This document shows positions 1 through 8,834 of a stretch of 27,631 nucleotides of DNA, piece by piece (position 1 is the stretch's first letter; every line of letters starts with the position of its first letter). The stretch lies in the NCBI GenBank assembly GCA_947178315.1, contig CAMWXW010000001.1, forward strand, positions 1 through 27,631, given 5' to 3'. Below the pieces are notes generated by a model. It saw only the letters and a list, made by a program, of their open reading frames with translations. It was not told the origin of the DNA and made no database searches. Origin of the DNA: an uncultured Desulfovibrionaceae bacterium (GTDB lineage Bacteria > Desulfobacterota > Desulfovibrionia > Desulfovibrionales > Desulfovibrionaceae). The translations under genes were made by a program, and so were the position numbers.

Positions 1-2
1 TT

Positions 3-539
3 ACTCTATCCTATTTTATATTCTATGTCTTCATATCATCACTACCTATGCCCGGAGCAATGACATTAGCATTACTTTGTGGTGTTATTATGGGATTTAT
101 TCCAGCTCTAATTCTTGTCTCTTTTGCAAGTGCAGTAGGTGCGTGTTGCTCTATGCTAATTGCTCGATATTTATTTAGAGATATAATTATACATAAATTT
201 CAATCTCTTTATTGCAAGGTACAGAAAGGATTTCAAGAAGATGGCTTTCTCTATATCATATTTCTTCGACTTCTCCCTATTCCATTTTTTATTGTTAATA
301 TTATGTTAGGACTTACTCCTGTATCCGTATATATGTACTATATTGCTTCTCAAATCGGGCTTTTTCCAACTCTCTTTCTTATTGTCAAAGCAGGTGCAGA
401 GTTAGGGCTTATAGAAAGTCCACAAGAAATATTCTCTCCTACAATCATTGCTCTTTTTGTTCTTATGGCAATTTTTCCGTTTTTGATTAAAAAGATATTT
501 TTTCTCTTTTATAAAAAGAGTCCAGAATTGGAGTTATAA
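3..539 (+). CDS. TVP38/TMEM64 (VTT/SNARE-associated, DedA superfamily) membrane protein, 5' partial
   Basis: The frame is open from position 3 (TLSYFIFYVFISSLPMPGA), so the true start lies upstream of the window. Hydrophobic, with LPMPGA..TL..G...G, ARYLFRD and FLRLLP.PFFIVN...GLT motifs typical of VTT proteins. Confidence 0.85.
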   Translation, partial: TLSYFIFYVFISSLPMPGAMTLALLCGVIMGFIPALILVSFASAVGACCSMLIARYLFRDIIIHKFQSLYCKVQKGFQEDGFLYIIFLRLLPIPFFIVNIMLGLTPVSVYMYYIASQIGLFPTLFLIVKAGAELGLIESPQEIFSPTIIALFVLMAIFPFLIKKIFFLFYKKSPELEL

Positions 540-582
540 AGACAAATTCGTTCTTGCAACATATACAATGAGGAGATAGTAG

Positions 583-2424
583 ATGAAATATAGAACTCTT
601 ATGGAGTGTGTTCAAGATTTGCAAAAACATAAAGAGCTGGTTATAGTTGACGCCCTAGTTGATCCCTATATTGCTCTTGGAAGTATACAGCGAAGAGCGT
701 TGAAAAGAGAAGCACCTGCGATGCTCTTCACCAAAGTGAAAGGGACGCCTTTTCCTGTGCTCGCTAACTTATTTGGGACACGTAAGAGAGTAGATTTTCT
801 CTTTCGCTCTTCTCTCACAAGTCTGCGTGCATTGCTCTCATTGAAAGCAGACCCTATAAAAGTAAAACATCTTTCTTTGCTATGGAAAGCGTTACCTGCA
901 CTCTATGCAACTCGTCCAAAACGTGTGAGAAATGGAAAGATAACAGAAGCAATGACAACATTAAGTCAACTTCCACATGTTCATTCATGGAAAAATGATG
1001 GAGGAGCATATCTCACATTACCACAAGTCTATACTGAAGATATGGATACTCCGGGATATATGAACTCTAATCTTGGAATGTATAGAGTACAGATATCAGG
1101 AAATGAGTTTCTACCAGATAAAGAAGTTGGTCTTCATTATCAAATCCATAGGGGAATAGCCGGACATCATGCAAAAGCACTTGCCAAGAATAAACCGTTA
1201 CCTGTATGTATCTATATCGGTGGCCCTCCTGCACTTACTGTAGCAGCTCTTATGCCATTACCTGAAGGTGTTCCTGAAGTAGCATTTGCAGGTGCACTTG
1301 CTGGATTTCGTATTCCATTTGTCACAAGCCCAAATGGACTTATGATGCCAGCAGAGGCTGATTTTTGTCTTTGTGGATATATTACAAATAGTGTCAAAAC
1401 AGAAGGCCCCTTTGGTGATCATGTTGGTTATTATAGCTTGCAACATGAATTCCCTGTCATGCATGTAACTCATGTATACCATAGAAAGAATGCTATTTTT
1501 CCATTCACTACAGTAGGACGTCCTCCACAAGAAGACTCTATATTTGGTGAGTTTATCCATGATATTACTTCAGATATTATTCCGAGAGAGTTTACAGGCG
1601 TTACAGAAGTACATGCTGTAGACTGTGCTGGAGTTCACCCACTTTTATTAGCAATAGCACATGAACGATATGTTCCCTATGCTCGCACACGAGAGCCAGA
1701 AGAACTACTTACTATTGGACTTTCTCTTTTAGGCCGTTCACAGATGTCGCTTGCAAAATACCTTATTGTCGGGTGTTATGAAGATAGTCCTTTACTTTCT
1801 ACAAAGGATATCCCAGCATTCTTGACATATATTCTTGAGCGTACACATTTTGATAGGGATTTACATTATATTACAAAAACAACCATAGATACACTTGATT
1901 ACACCGGTGCAGATTTTAATAAAGGCTCAAAACTCCTTTGGGTTGTTGCAGGAGAGCCGTATAGGAAATTACATTCTCATCTTCCATCTCACTTTTCTCT
2001 TCCACCTCATTTCTATAATGCACGTGTTTTCTTTCCGGGAATACTACTTATACAAGGAGAACCAAGCCATGCACAAAGGGGTGAGTCATCGGAAGATATG
2101 GAATCTTTGAAAGCGTACTATCAATATAATAGAGCTATGTTAGAAGGGATTGCACTTTGTGTTATTGTTGATGATGTTGCATTTGCAAGTGCTTCATGGG
2201 AAAACTTCCTATGGGTTACGTTTACTCGTTCAAATCCAGCTACTGATGTACATGGTATATGTGAACGAGTTCGCAATAAGCATTTTGAATTTGATGCTCC
2301 ATGTATAATTGATGCGAGAATAAAACCATTTCATGCACCAGAACTTAAAGAGGACGAAGAGATAGAGCGAGCTGTGGATATGCTTATACAACAAAGCTCT
2401 GTACTATCACGATATCTCTTATGA
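583..2424 (+). CDS. UbiD-family prFMN-dependent decarboxylase, long form (probably menaquinone/futalosine-pathway MqnL-like)
   Basis: 613 aa. NLFGT, N.GMYR.Q, HYQIHRG, EGPFGDHVGYYS and PFTTVGRPPQED motifs. RBS GAGGAG upstream. The substrate assignment is inference. Confidence 0.9.
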   Translation: MKYRTLMECVQDLQKHKELVIVDALVDPYIALGSIQRRALKREAPAMLFTKVKGTPFPVLANLFGTRKRVDFLFRSSLTSLRALLSLKADPIKVKHLSLLWKALPALYATRPKRVRNGKITEAMTTLSQLPHVHSWKNDGGAYLTLPQVYTEDMDTPGYMNSNLGMYRVQISGNEFLPDKEVGLHYQIHRGIAGHHAKALAKNKPLPVCIYIGGPPALTVAALMPLPEGVPEVAFAGALAGFRIPFVTSPNGLMMPAEADFCLCGYITNSVKTEGPFGDHVGYYSLQHEFPVMHVTHVYHRKNAIFPFTTVGRPPQEDSIFGEFIHDITSDIIPREFTGVTEVHAVDCAGVHPLLLAIAHERYVPYARTREPEELLTIGLSLLGRSQMSLAKYLIVGCYEDSPLLSTKDIPAFLTYILERTHFDRDLHYITKTTIDTLDYTGADFNKGSKLLWVVAGEPYRKLHSHLPSHFSLPPHFYNARVFFPGILLIQGEPSHAQRGESSEDMESLKAYYQYNRAMLEGIALCVIVDDVAFASASWENFLWVTFTRSNPATDVHGICERVRNKHFEFDAPCIIDARIKPFHAPELKEDEEIERAVDMLIQQSSVLSRYLL

Positions 2425-2449
2425 GAACTATTTTGTTTATGATAGTATG

Positions 2450-4051
2450 TTATATATAACGTGTAAGGAGTTTTATATATTCCTCCTTTGCTCCTGAAAT
2501 ACGCTGTATATAATATTGATGTATATACTCAAGAGAGTTTGTAATCTCTTCTTGTAATACTGTGTGATGAGATGTATTTTCAATCACATAATCAGCATGT
2601 TCATTCTTATAGGCATCGCTGTATTGGTTTTCTATTACATAGTCTATTTTTTCATCACTCCAGCCTTTTTCTCTCATACGCTTTTTTCGTATTTCTTGTG
2701 GGCTGTGTACTGTGATAACAAGATCTGCAGGGCAGTTCTTGCGAAAGAGAGCAGACTCAAAATAGAGAGGTATTTCAAGTACTGTATATGGTGATGTTAT
2801 ATGTTCTTGCCAAAAAAGGTGGATTGCTTCAATAAGGAATGAGTGTATAACTCGTTCAATCTCTTCTTTATAATGTGTTGATGTACTCATAGCTTCGAGT
2901 ACTTTTGCTTTATCTATGGTATCATCTGCATTGAAAAAACGATTTCCATAGGATTGCTTTAAGTAATGCCATATACTATTCCCTTTGGAGTAGAGCTCAT
3001 CAATAATATCATCAGCACTACAACATGGAATTCCTGCATCGATATATTGTTGTAGTACAGTGCTTTTTCCACTCCCTGCAGAGCCTGTGAGAACAATATG
3101 TATGCTTTGTGTAGAGAGAGTACTATAGGTTTCTTCAAAATCAAGAGGTGGCATTTGGCTATAGTGTAGAGACTCACCTGTAATTGGGTGATTAAACTCT
3201 AATGTACATGCATGGAGGAGGGGACGCTGTGCAAATGAGTGATGAGCACCATAGAGAGTATCTCCAAGAATAGGAAAGCCTGTGTGTGAAAGATGGACAC
3301 GTATCTGATGTGTTCTTCCAGTTGCTATACGGATATGAAGTAGGCTCACAGGATAGGGGAGTCTTCCTTGTGGGAATGTTGCTATCCTTGTGTACTCTGT
3401 ATATGCAGGTTTGCCATGTGGAGAGACACACATACGTGTTTTTCGTGTTGAATCTCGACCTATTGGCTCTTCAATGACATTGTGTTCTGGAGAGAGACCT
3501 TCTACAAAAGCAAGGTAGTGTTTAGTGATAGTTCGTTCACTAAAGGCTTGTATGAGGGCATATCGTGCTTGTTCTGTTCTTGCTAAGAGAAGAAGACCAG
3601 TTGTATCTTTATCAAGCCTATGAACAATAGCAGGACGTTCTCCACTCATCTGTGCAAGTTCTGGATAATGAAAAAGAGCTCTCTGAAGCAATGTTCCATG
3701 TGGTGTGCTGATACACGGGTGGACAACAAGAGAAGCAGGTTTATTGATAACAATAAATGAAGGATCTTCATATATAACATCAAGTATACCTTCTTCTTGC
3801 GTGAGTAGGCTATGCTCTTCCGGAATAGAGATATCTATAGTATCACTATGTGCTATTTTCTTAGAAATATGTGTGCAGACTGTACCGTTTACATAGACGT
3901 AGCCTTGTTGAATGTATTGCTTAATTTTTTCTCGAGAGATACCCTTTGATTCCAGTATAGTGCGAAGGAGTTTATCTAACCGTGTGGGAAGTATACTCTC
4001 TGGGAGTGCGATATATTCTTCTTTATTCTCTATAGTATATCTACAATACAT
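2450..4051 (-). CDS. rluD-coaE: RluA/RluD-family pseudouridine synthase (S4 + catalytic domain) fused to C-terminal dephospho-CoA kinase (CoaE)
   Basis: S4-like RLDK...SREKIKQYIQQG, NKPA..VVHP, catalytic HRLDKDTTG, GRTHQIRVH, ILGD.LYG. These are followed directly by the CoaE P-loop IVLTGSAGSGKST, SAD and EIPLYFE. Start placed at 4051 (AAGGTG SD-like upstream); the ORF track starts at 4069. Confidence 0.9.
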   Translation of the reverse strand: MYCRYTIENKEEYIALPESILPTRLDKLLRTILESKGISREKIKQYIQQGYVYVNGTVCTHISKKIAHSDTIDISIPEEHSLLTQEEGILDVIYEDPSFIVINKPASLVVHPCISTPHGTLLQRALFHYPELAQMSGERPAIVHRLDKDTTGLLLLARTEQARYALIQAFSERTITKHYLAFVEGLSPEHNVIEEPIGRDSTRKTRMCVSPHGKPAYTEYTRIATFPQGRLPYPVSLLHIRIATGRTHQIRVHLSHTGFPILGDTLYGAHHSFAQRPLLHACTLEFNHPITGESLHYSQMPPLDFEETYSTLSTQSIHIVLTGSAGSGKSTVLQQYIDAGIPCCSADDIIDELYSKGNSIWHYLKQSYGNRFFNADDTIDKAKVLEAMSTSTHYKEEIERVIHSFLIEAIHLFWQEHITSPYTVLEIPLYFESALFRKNCPADLVITVHSPQEIRKKRMREKGWSDEKIDYVIENQYSDAYKNEHADYVIENTSHHTVLQEEITNSLEYIHQYYIQRISGAKEEYIKLLTRYI

Positions 4052-4142
4052 AGAACACCTTATATGCATAGTAACATCTCTTTTCTTTCTTGTATACTAT
4101 TATTTCTCTCATCTCTTTTCTTTTTTATAGGAGCTATCACGC

Positions 4143-4159
4143 TTGGAACATAAATTGTA
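4143..4159 (+). promoter_or_regulatory. Candidate sigma54 (-24/-12) promoter upstream of cheA
   Basis: TTGGAACATAAATTGTA is GG-N10-GT against the consensus TGGCAC-N5-TTGC, with one deviation at -12. It ends about 46 nt before the cheA ATG. Confidence 0.3.
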
Positions 4160-4204
4160 TAGCTAGTAGCATCTGCTGTAGGGCATATTATAGAGAGGAA
4201 GAAT

Positions 4205-6592
4205 ATGATGTACGATTCTGAAGAGTTGTTACAAGATTTTATAATTGAAGCAAAAGAACATTTAGAAAGCATAGAACCGAATATATTGCGTTTAGAGAAA
4301 GAACCTGAACATTGTAGTGAAATTCTAAATGAGATATTTAGACCTATGCATTCTCTCAAAGGAGCATCTGGATTTCTAGGGCTAGAGAAGATAAATAGTC
4401 TTGCACATAAAGCAGAAAGTGTTTTAGATGAATTGCGTAAAGGAGCAATGAATATTACAAGTGAAATCACAGATGCAATTCTCGTTACAACAGATGTCCT
4501 CGGTAAAATAGTTGAGCATCTTGAAGAGCATGGAGTTGAAGGTGATATTGACACAGGTGATATATCAGAAGTATTACAACGCATTCTATCAGGTGAGGAG
4601 ATAGCTTCAACTCAAGGTACAAATTCAATTGCAACAGCTACAGGTAGTGATACATCATCTACAAAAATGATATCAGAAAGTATCGTAGATATTGAAAAAG
4701 CAAAAGTACAATTTCTTGAAAATCCAGAGAATGCTGAGTATGTAACACTACTTCTTACTTCATTAAGAGCCTTACTTGAAGAGGTTGAAAAAGAAGACTC
4801 TGAAGATATTATTCATGCTATACAAAACACTATTGAAATCATAGAGAAAACACAGACAAAGGGAATGGATTTTACTCCTTTGCTTCCCTTATTGGAGCAA
4901 GAACTTGCAATTATTATTGACTTAAGCAAAGAACTGTTTTTACAACAGGAAACAGCCGGACAACATTGTATCAATGCATTGCAACGAGCATTAGATTCAT
5001 TTATGAGTGAGCCTTCCCTTGTAGAGAATGTAGATGTCTTATATGATGTGCTTTCTATTGCAAAAAAGTATGCAGAAGAGTGTGAACTTGATGATGCTGC
5101 TATGACGGCAAAAAATACAGCAGAAATTATCAGAAAGGCAAAAGAAGACTCTGTAGATATTACTTCTTTAGTAGGGATACTCTCTCAAGAGGTATCAATA
5201 TTGATAGAGTTGTTAGAACAGTCAAGTGATACACAAGGAGAAACACAGGAAGATATAGTCTCATCTGATCTACAAAATGAAGGTGAACAGCATATCGTAA
5301 AAGAGCAGAATGCAACTGTACATAAAGAGAAAAATAAGAAGGAGGGACAACAACAAAAGGATACAAAAGAGAGTGATAAAGTTAAACATAATGGATTCAT
5401 ACGGGTTGATCATCATAAACTTGATCAGCTAATGAATCTTATTGGTGAACTTATTATCACACGAAATAGATATAGTTTACTTGTTCGTTCTTTGGAAGAT
5501 GAAGAGAGAACTGTAAAAGATATAGCACGTATTGCACAGAGCCTTACAGAAACAACCTCTTCTATGGCACGTATATCAGATGCGTTACAAGATACCATTA
5601 TGCAAGTACGTATGGTTTCACTTTCTGCTACATTTAGTAGATTGCCCCGTTTAGTTCGAGATATCAGTAAGAAGAGTGGAAAAGAGGTAGAACTCCATAT
5701 CGTAGGTGAGGAAACAGAGCTTGATAAGAATATGGTAGAAGCTCTTGCTGATCCACTCTTACATTTGATACGTAATGCTGTTGATCATGGTATTGAATCC
5801 CCTGAAGAAAGGTTACATGTCGGAAAACCAGAAAAAGGGAATGTCTGGATACGAGCATTCCATAAAGGTAATTCTGTTGTCATAGAAATTGAAGATGATG
5901 GAAAAGGAATGGATCCCGAACGATTAAAAGAAGTCGCTTTAGAAAAAGGACTCATTACACCAGATGAAGCAAAGTTTATCACTAATGATCAAGCCTTTGA
6001 ACTTATTTTCTTACCCGGATTTTCCTCTGCGAAAGAGATTACTGATATCTCTGGAAGAGGTGTTGGTATGGATGTTGTGCGAACAAATATTAAGGGATTA
6101 AAGGGAACAATCTCAATCCATTCTGTGCTGGGTAGTGGAAGTATATTCACTCTTTCATTTCCTCTTACTCTTGCTATTATAGAAGCTCTTATGGTAGAGG
6201 TGAGAGGACAAACCTTTGCTATTCCTCTTGATACTGTATCAGAAACAACAAAAATCTCAAAAGTACATATCAAAAAAATACAAGATATAGAAGCGATTAC
6301 CTTGCGTGGAGAAGTATTAAGTATAGTTCATTTAGCTGATAAATTAGGATTTGCAAAAGAGCATACTATTCCAGATATTATTTCTGTTGTCATTGTTACT
6401 ATAAATAATAAAAAAGTTGGGTTTATTGTTGATAAGCTCCTTGAGAGACAAGAGATAGTTATTAAATCACTTGGAAATTATCCTATTGTTCATACTGGAA
6501 TTTCTGGAGCAACTATTACAGGAGATGGAGGAGTTATATTGATTATCAATCCTCATGATATTTATACTATGTCTACAAGGAAGTCTGTATAG
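4205..6592 (+). CDS. cheA: Chemotaxis histidine kinase CheA
   Basis: Hpt domain with FRPMHSLKG (His49), dimerization domain IRVD..KLDQLMNLIGEL, HATPase boxes (HLIRNAVDHGIE, DDGKG, FLPGFSSA, GRGVGMDVV) and a C-terminal CheW domain. RBS AGAGAGG. Confidence 0.97.
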   Translation: MMYDSEELLQDFIIEAKEHLESIEPNILRLEKEPEHCSEILNEIFRPMHSLKGASGFLGLEKINSLAHKAESVLDELRKGAMNITSEITDAILVTTDVLGKIVEHLEEHGVEGDIDTGDISEVLQRILSGEEIASTQGTNSIATATGSDTSSTKMISESIVDIEKAKVQFLENPENAEYVTLLLTSLRALLEEVEKEDSEDIIHAIQNTIEIIEKTQTKGMDFTPLLPLLEQELAIIIDLSKELFLQQETAGQHCINALQRALDSFMSEPSLVENVDVLYDVLSIAKKYAEECELDDAAMTAKNTAEIIRKAKEDSVDITSLVGILSQEVSILIELLEQSSDTQGETQEDIVSSDLQNEGEQHIVKEQNATVHKEKNKKEGQQQKDTKESDKVKHNGFIRVDHHKLDQLMNLIGELIITRNRYSLLVRSLEDEERTVKDIARIAQSLTETTSSMARISDALQDTIMQVRMVSLSATFSRLPRLVRDISKKSGKEVELHIVGEETELDKNMVEALADPLLHLIRNAVDHGIESPEERLHVGKPEKGNVWIRAFHKGNSVVIEIEDDGKGMDPERLKEVALEKGLITPDEAKFITNDQAFELIFLPGFSSAKEITDISGRGVGMDVVRTNIKGLKGTISIHSVLGSGSIFTLSFPLTLAIIEALMVEVRGQTFAIPLDTVSETTKISKVHIKKIQDIEAITLRGEVLSIVHLADKLGFAKEHTIPDIISVVIVTINNKKVGFIVDKLLERQEIVIKSLGNYPIVHTGISGATITGDGGVILIINPHDIYTMSTRKSV

Positions 6593-6595
6593 TAA

Positions 6596-6640
6596 AATAG
6601 AGTGAGGGGAAAGAAAATGCTCTTTCATTCTCACTCTATT
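6596..6640. terminator. Hairpin between convergent cheA and the CoA-ligase gene (probable bidirectional terminator)
   Basis: AATAGAGTGAG (6596-6606) pairs with CTCACTCTATT (6630-6640), with an inner GAAAGA/TCTTTC stem. Confidence 0.6.
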
Positions 6641-6647
6641 CTTAGAG

Positions 6648-7919
6648 CTAATCCCACTCTCGCTTATCTTCAATAGGACGTAAATTATTTCCTAAACTGT
6701 TGGGGGGAACTATCTTAACAGTAGGACGTAATTTTATCTTCTCTCGGAATACATGGAGTAATTCATCTTCACGAGCAAATGTTTGTGGTGCTTCTATGAA
6801 AAGAACAATCTCATCAATTCCTTCAGCATTAGTTACTTCTATCTGCCATCGCTTAATTTCTTCAAAGTCTGCCATTAGTTGTTCTACTTGGTGAGGGTAG
6901 ACAAATAATCCCTTAATTCGTGCTGTTGTATCTACTCTTCCTAAAATTCCACCTAATCGTGGTCCCATTCTACCACATGAGCAAGGGCTTGTATCTATAT
7001 AAGAAAGATCGCCTGTTGCAAATCGAATAAGAGGGTATGTTTTATTAAATACTGTAACAACAACTTCTCCAACCTCGCCTTCTTTTAAGGGGACTCCTGT
7101 ATCGGGGTGGCATATTTCTACATAGCATCGATTTGATATATGAAGTCCTGTATTGTAATAGCATTCATATCCAATACAACCTACATCTGCAGTACCGTAT
7201 GCTTGACGTAATACCATCTCAAATTTCTTTTCAAGCGTTGCTCTGGTTTTTTCTGTGAAACGCTCTCCAATAACAAAAGCAACTTCGAGAGCAAAATCTT
7301 TACGGAGGTTAAAGCCTTTCTCTTCTGCTTTTTGTGCAAGAAGTAAAAGATAGCTAGGTGCTCCTACAAAGCCTGTTACTTTTAATTTATTCATGATGTC
7401 AATATGAGTCATCATATCTGTGCTTTGTCCTGCTGGAATAACTGCACATTCAAGGTTACGTAATGGCTCTTCAAAAACAAGACCTGCTGGAGATAAGTGA
7501 TAATTAAATGCAACATGAACGATATCTCCGGGGCGAAATCCTATGGAGTAAAATGCTTCTGTATACCCCCAGTAGTCGTCATCTTTATCTTCTGGATCGA
7601 AAATAGGACCTGGAGAAAGGTAAATTCTGCGTAGTTCTCCTATATCCTTTGTTAACATACCTCCAAGACGAGGACCTATCGATTGTAAAAATATGAGTTC
7701 ACTCTTTTTCAAGATAGGAGCATGCTTTAAGTCTGATAACGAAGAAAATTTCTCTACATTAAACTGGGCTCTATCAAATCGCTTTTTTACATCGTCTGAA
7801 TATCTATATGCGTATTGTAGGAGTTCTTTTATTTGAGCAATATAGTATTGTTCACGTTCTCCAGCATCTAATACTTCTTTCCTACTATAAATACCTTCTG
7901 TTCTATCTTTTCTCGTCAT
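6648..7919 (-). CDS. Phenylacetate-CoA ligase (PaaK)-like adenylate-forming enzyme
   Basis: 423 aa. SPGPIFDP, GFRPGD, YGTADVGCIGYEC, EGEVGEVVVT, YPLIRFATGD and GRVD...IKG motifs of the PaaK family. RBS GGAGG upstream. The real substrate is unknown. Confidence 0.85.
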   Translation of the reverse strand: MTRKDRTEGIYSRKEVLDAGEREQYYIAQIKELLQYAYRYSDDVKKRFDRAQFNVEKFSSLSDLKHAPILKKSELIFLQSIGPRLGGMLTKDIGELRRIYLSPGPIFDPEDKDDDYWGYTEAFYSIGFRPGDIVHVAFNYHLSPAGLVFEEPLRNLECAVIPAGQSTDMMTHIDIMNKLKVTGFVGAPSYLLLLAQKAEEKGFNLRKDFALEVAFVIGERFTEKTRATLEKKFEMVLRQAYGTADVGCIGYECYYNTGLHISNRCYVEICHPDTGVPLKEGEVGEVVVTVFNKTYPLIRFATGDLSYIDTSPCSCGRMGPRLGGILGRVDTTARIKGLFVYPHQVEQLMADFEEIKRWQIEVTNAEGIDEIVLFIEAPQTFAREDELLHVFREKIKLRPTVKIVPPNSLGNNLRPIEDKREWD

Positions 7920-8203
7920 CGATTAGCCTCCAAGTCTATGTGATATAGAGAACAATTGTAGTCTTTTCAGCACTAACGTACTAACACGTTATAGAAAATA
8001 TATTGTTCTACACTATAACAGTTTTATATATACTATGCAAGGAATAAAAATAAAAGGAGTGAGCAGTCGTTCTTTTTTGTCTATTATTTGTTGTGTTTAT
8101 GTGTATGAGGAAGTTAGATTCTCTTGCTTTATTCTATGATATATTTTTGTCATTTTATATATTGTACAGTCAATATTACAGAAATATAAGAATATATAAT
8201 TAT

Positions 8204-8830
8204 TTATAGAGTTCGAGATAGAGTATGTCCAAATGATTCTAGCAGTTTTACTGTATATTCTGATTGTAAATATCCTAGTGCATGTTTTGCATGTGGAGCT
8301 TTATATATAGGAATGCTTGGGAAGTTCTCTTGGATAAGATAATATGGAACGACATCATCATCATCTGTACTGTAAATATATATCTGTTTATCTTGTATAA
8401 GTTCGTAATATGTAAGATAAAGCTTCTCGTAATCAGAATAGAGCTGTGTAATATTTACTACTTCCTGTGGAGGTGGGAGTGATGAACGTGTACAGAATGC
8501 ATAAAGAGTCTGCATTGTATCTCTATGAAGTTGTCGCTTCATGATATCAAGTTGAGTTTTGCGTTCTTTATAGGTGCCTATAAAGTCAACGAACGCTTGT
8601 AGGCCAATATATATATCAAAATGAATATCGCTTTCTAATAAATGGATAAGTCCAAGTGAGTGCCCAACACCAATCCGTACTGTTGACTCTATACACTCTG
8701 TACAGACTGAACCATAATATCCTCTATCCCATATTGTGTAAGGGAAAGAAAACGAAGATGTAAGATGCGTCCAGAAAGACGCATCACAACCAAAGCCATG
8801 CATGAATGTGTAAGAGAGTGTAGGTGTCAT
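8204..8830 (-). CDS. Alpha/beta hydrolase, BioH-like (candidate pimeloyl-ACP methyl ester esterase)
   Basis: HGFG.DASFW oxyanion motif, DRGYYG, GHSLG nucleophile, DDDVVP acid and KHALG His. Start placed at 8830, 4 nt after the upstream OMP stop; the ORF track starts at 8866. Confidence 0.7.
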   Translation of the reverse strand: MTPTLSYTFMHGFGCDASFWTHLTSSFSFPYTIWDRGYYGSVCTECIESTVRIGVGHSLGLIHLLESDIHFDIYIGLQAFVDFIGTYKERKTQLDIMKRQLHRDTMQTLYAFCTRSSLPPPQEVVNITQLYSDYEKLYLTYYELIQDKQIYIYSTDDDDVVPYYLIQENFPSIPIYKAPHAKHALGYLQSEYTVKLLESFGHTLSRTL

Positions 8831-8834
8831 ATTA

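Noticed and set aside
583-2424. UbiD-family gene without an adjacent ubiX
   Set aside because: The prenyltransferase partner is often encoded elsewhere, so this is not unusual without a genome-wide check.
4060-4584. 174-aa minus-strand ORF
   Set aside because: Antisense shadow of cheA with no recognisable motif. The same applies to 21839-22267, 15050-15430, 14697-15011, 16155-16484 and the other short overlapping ORFs.
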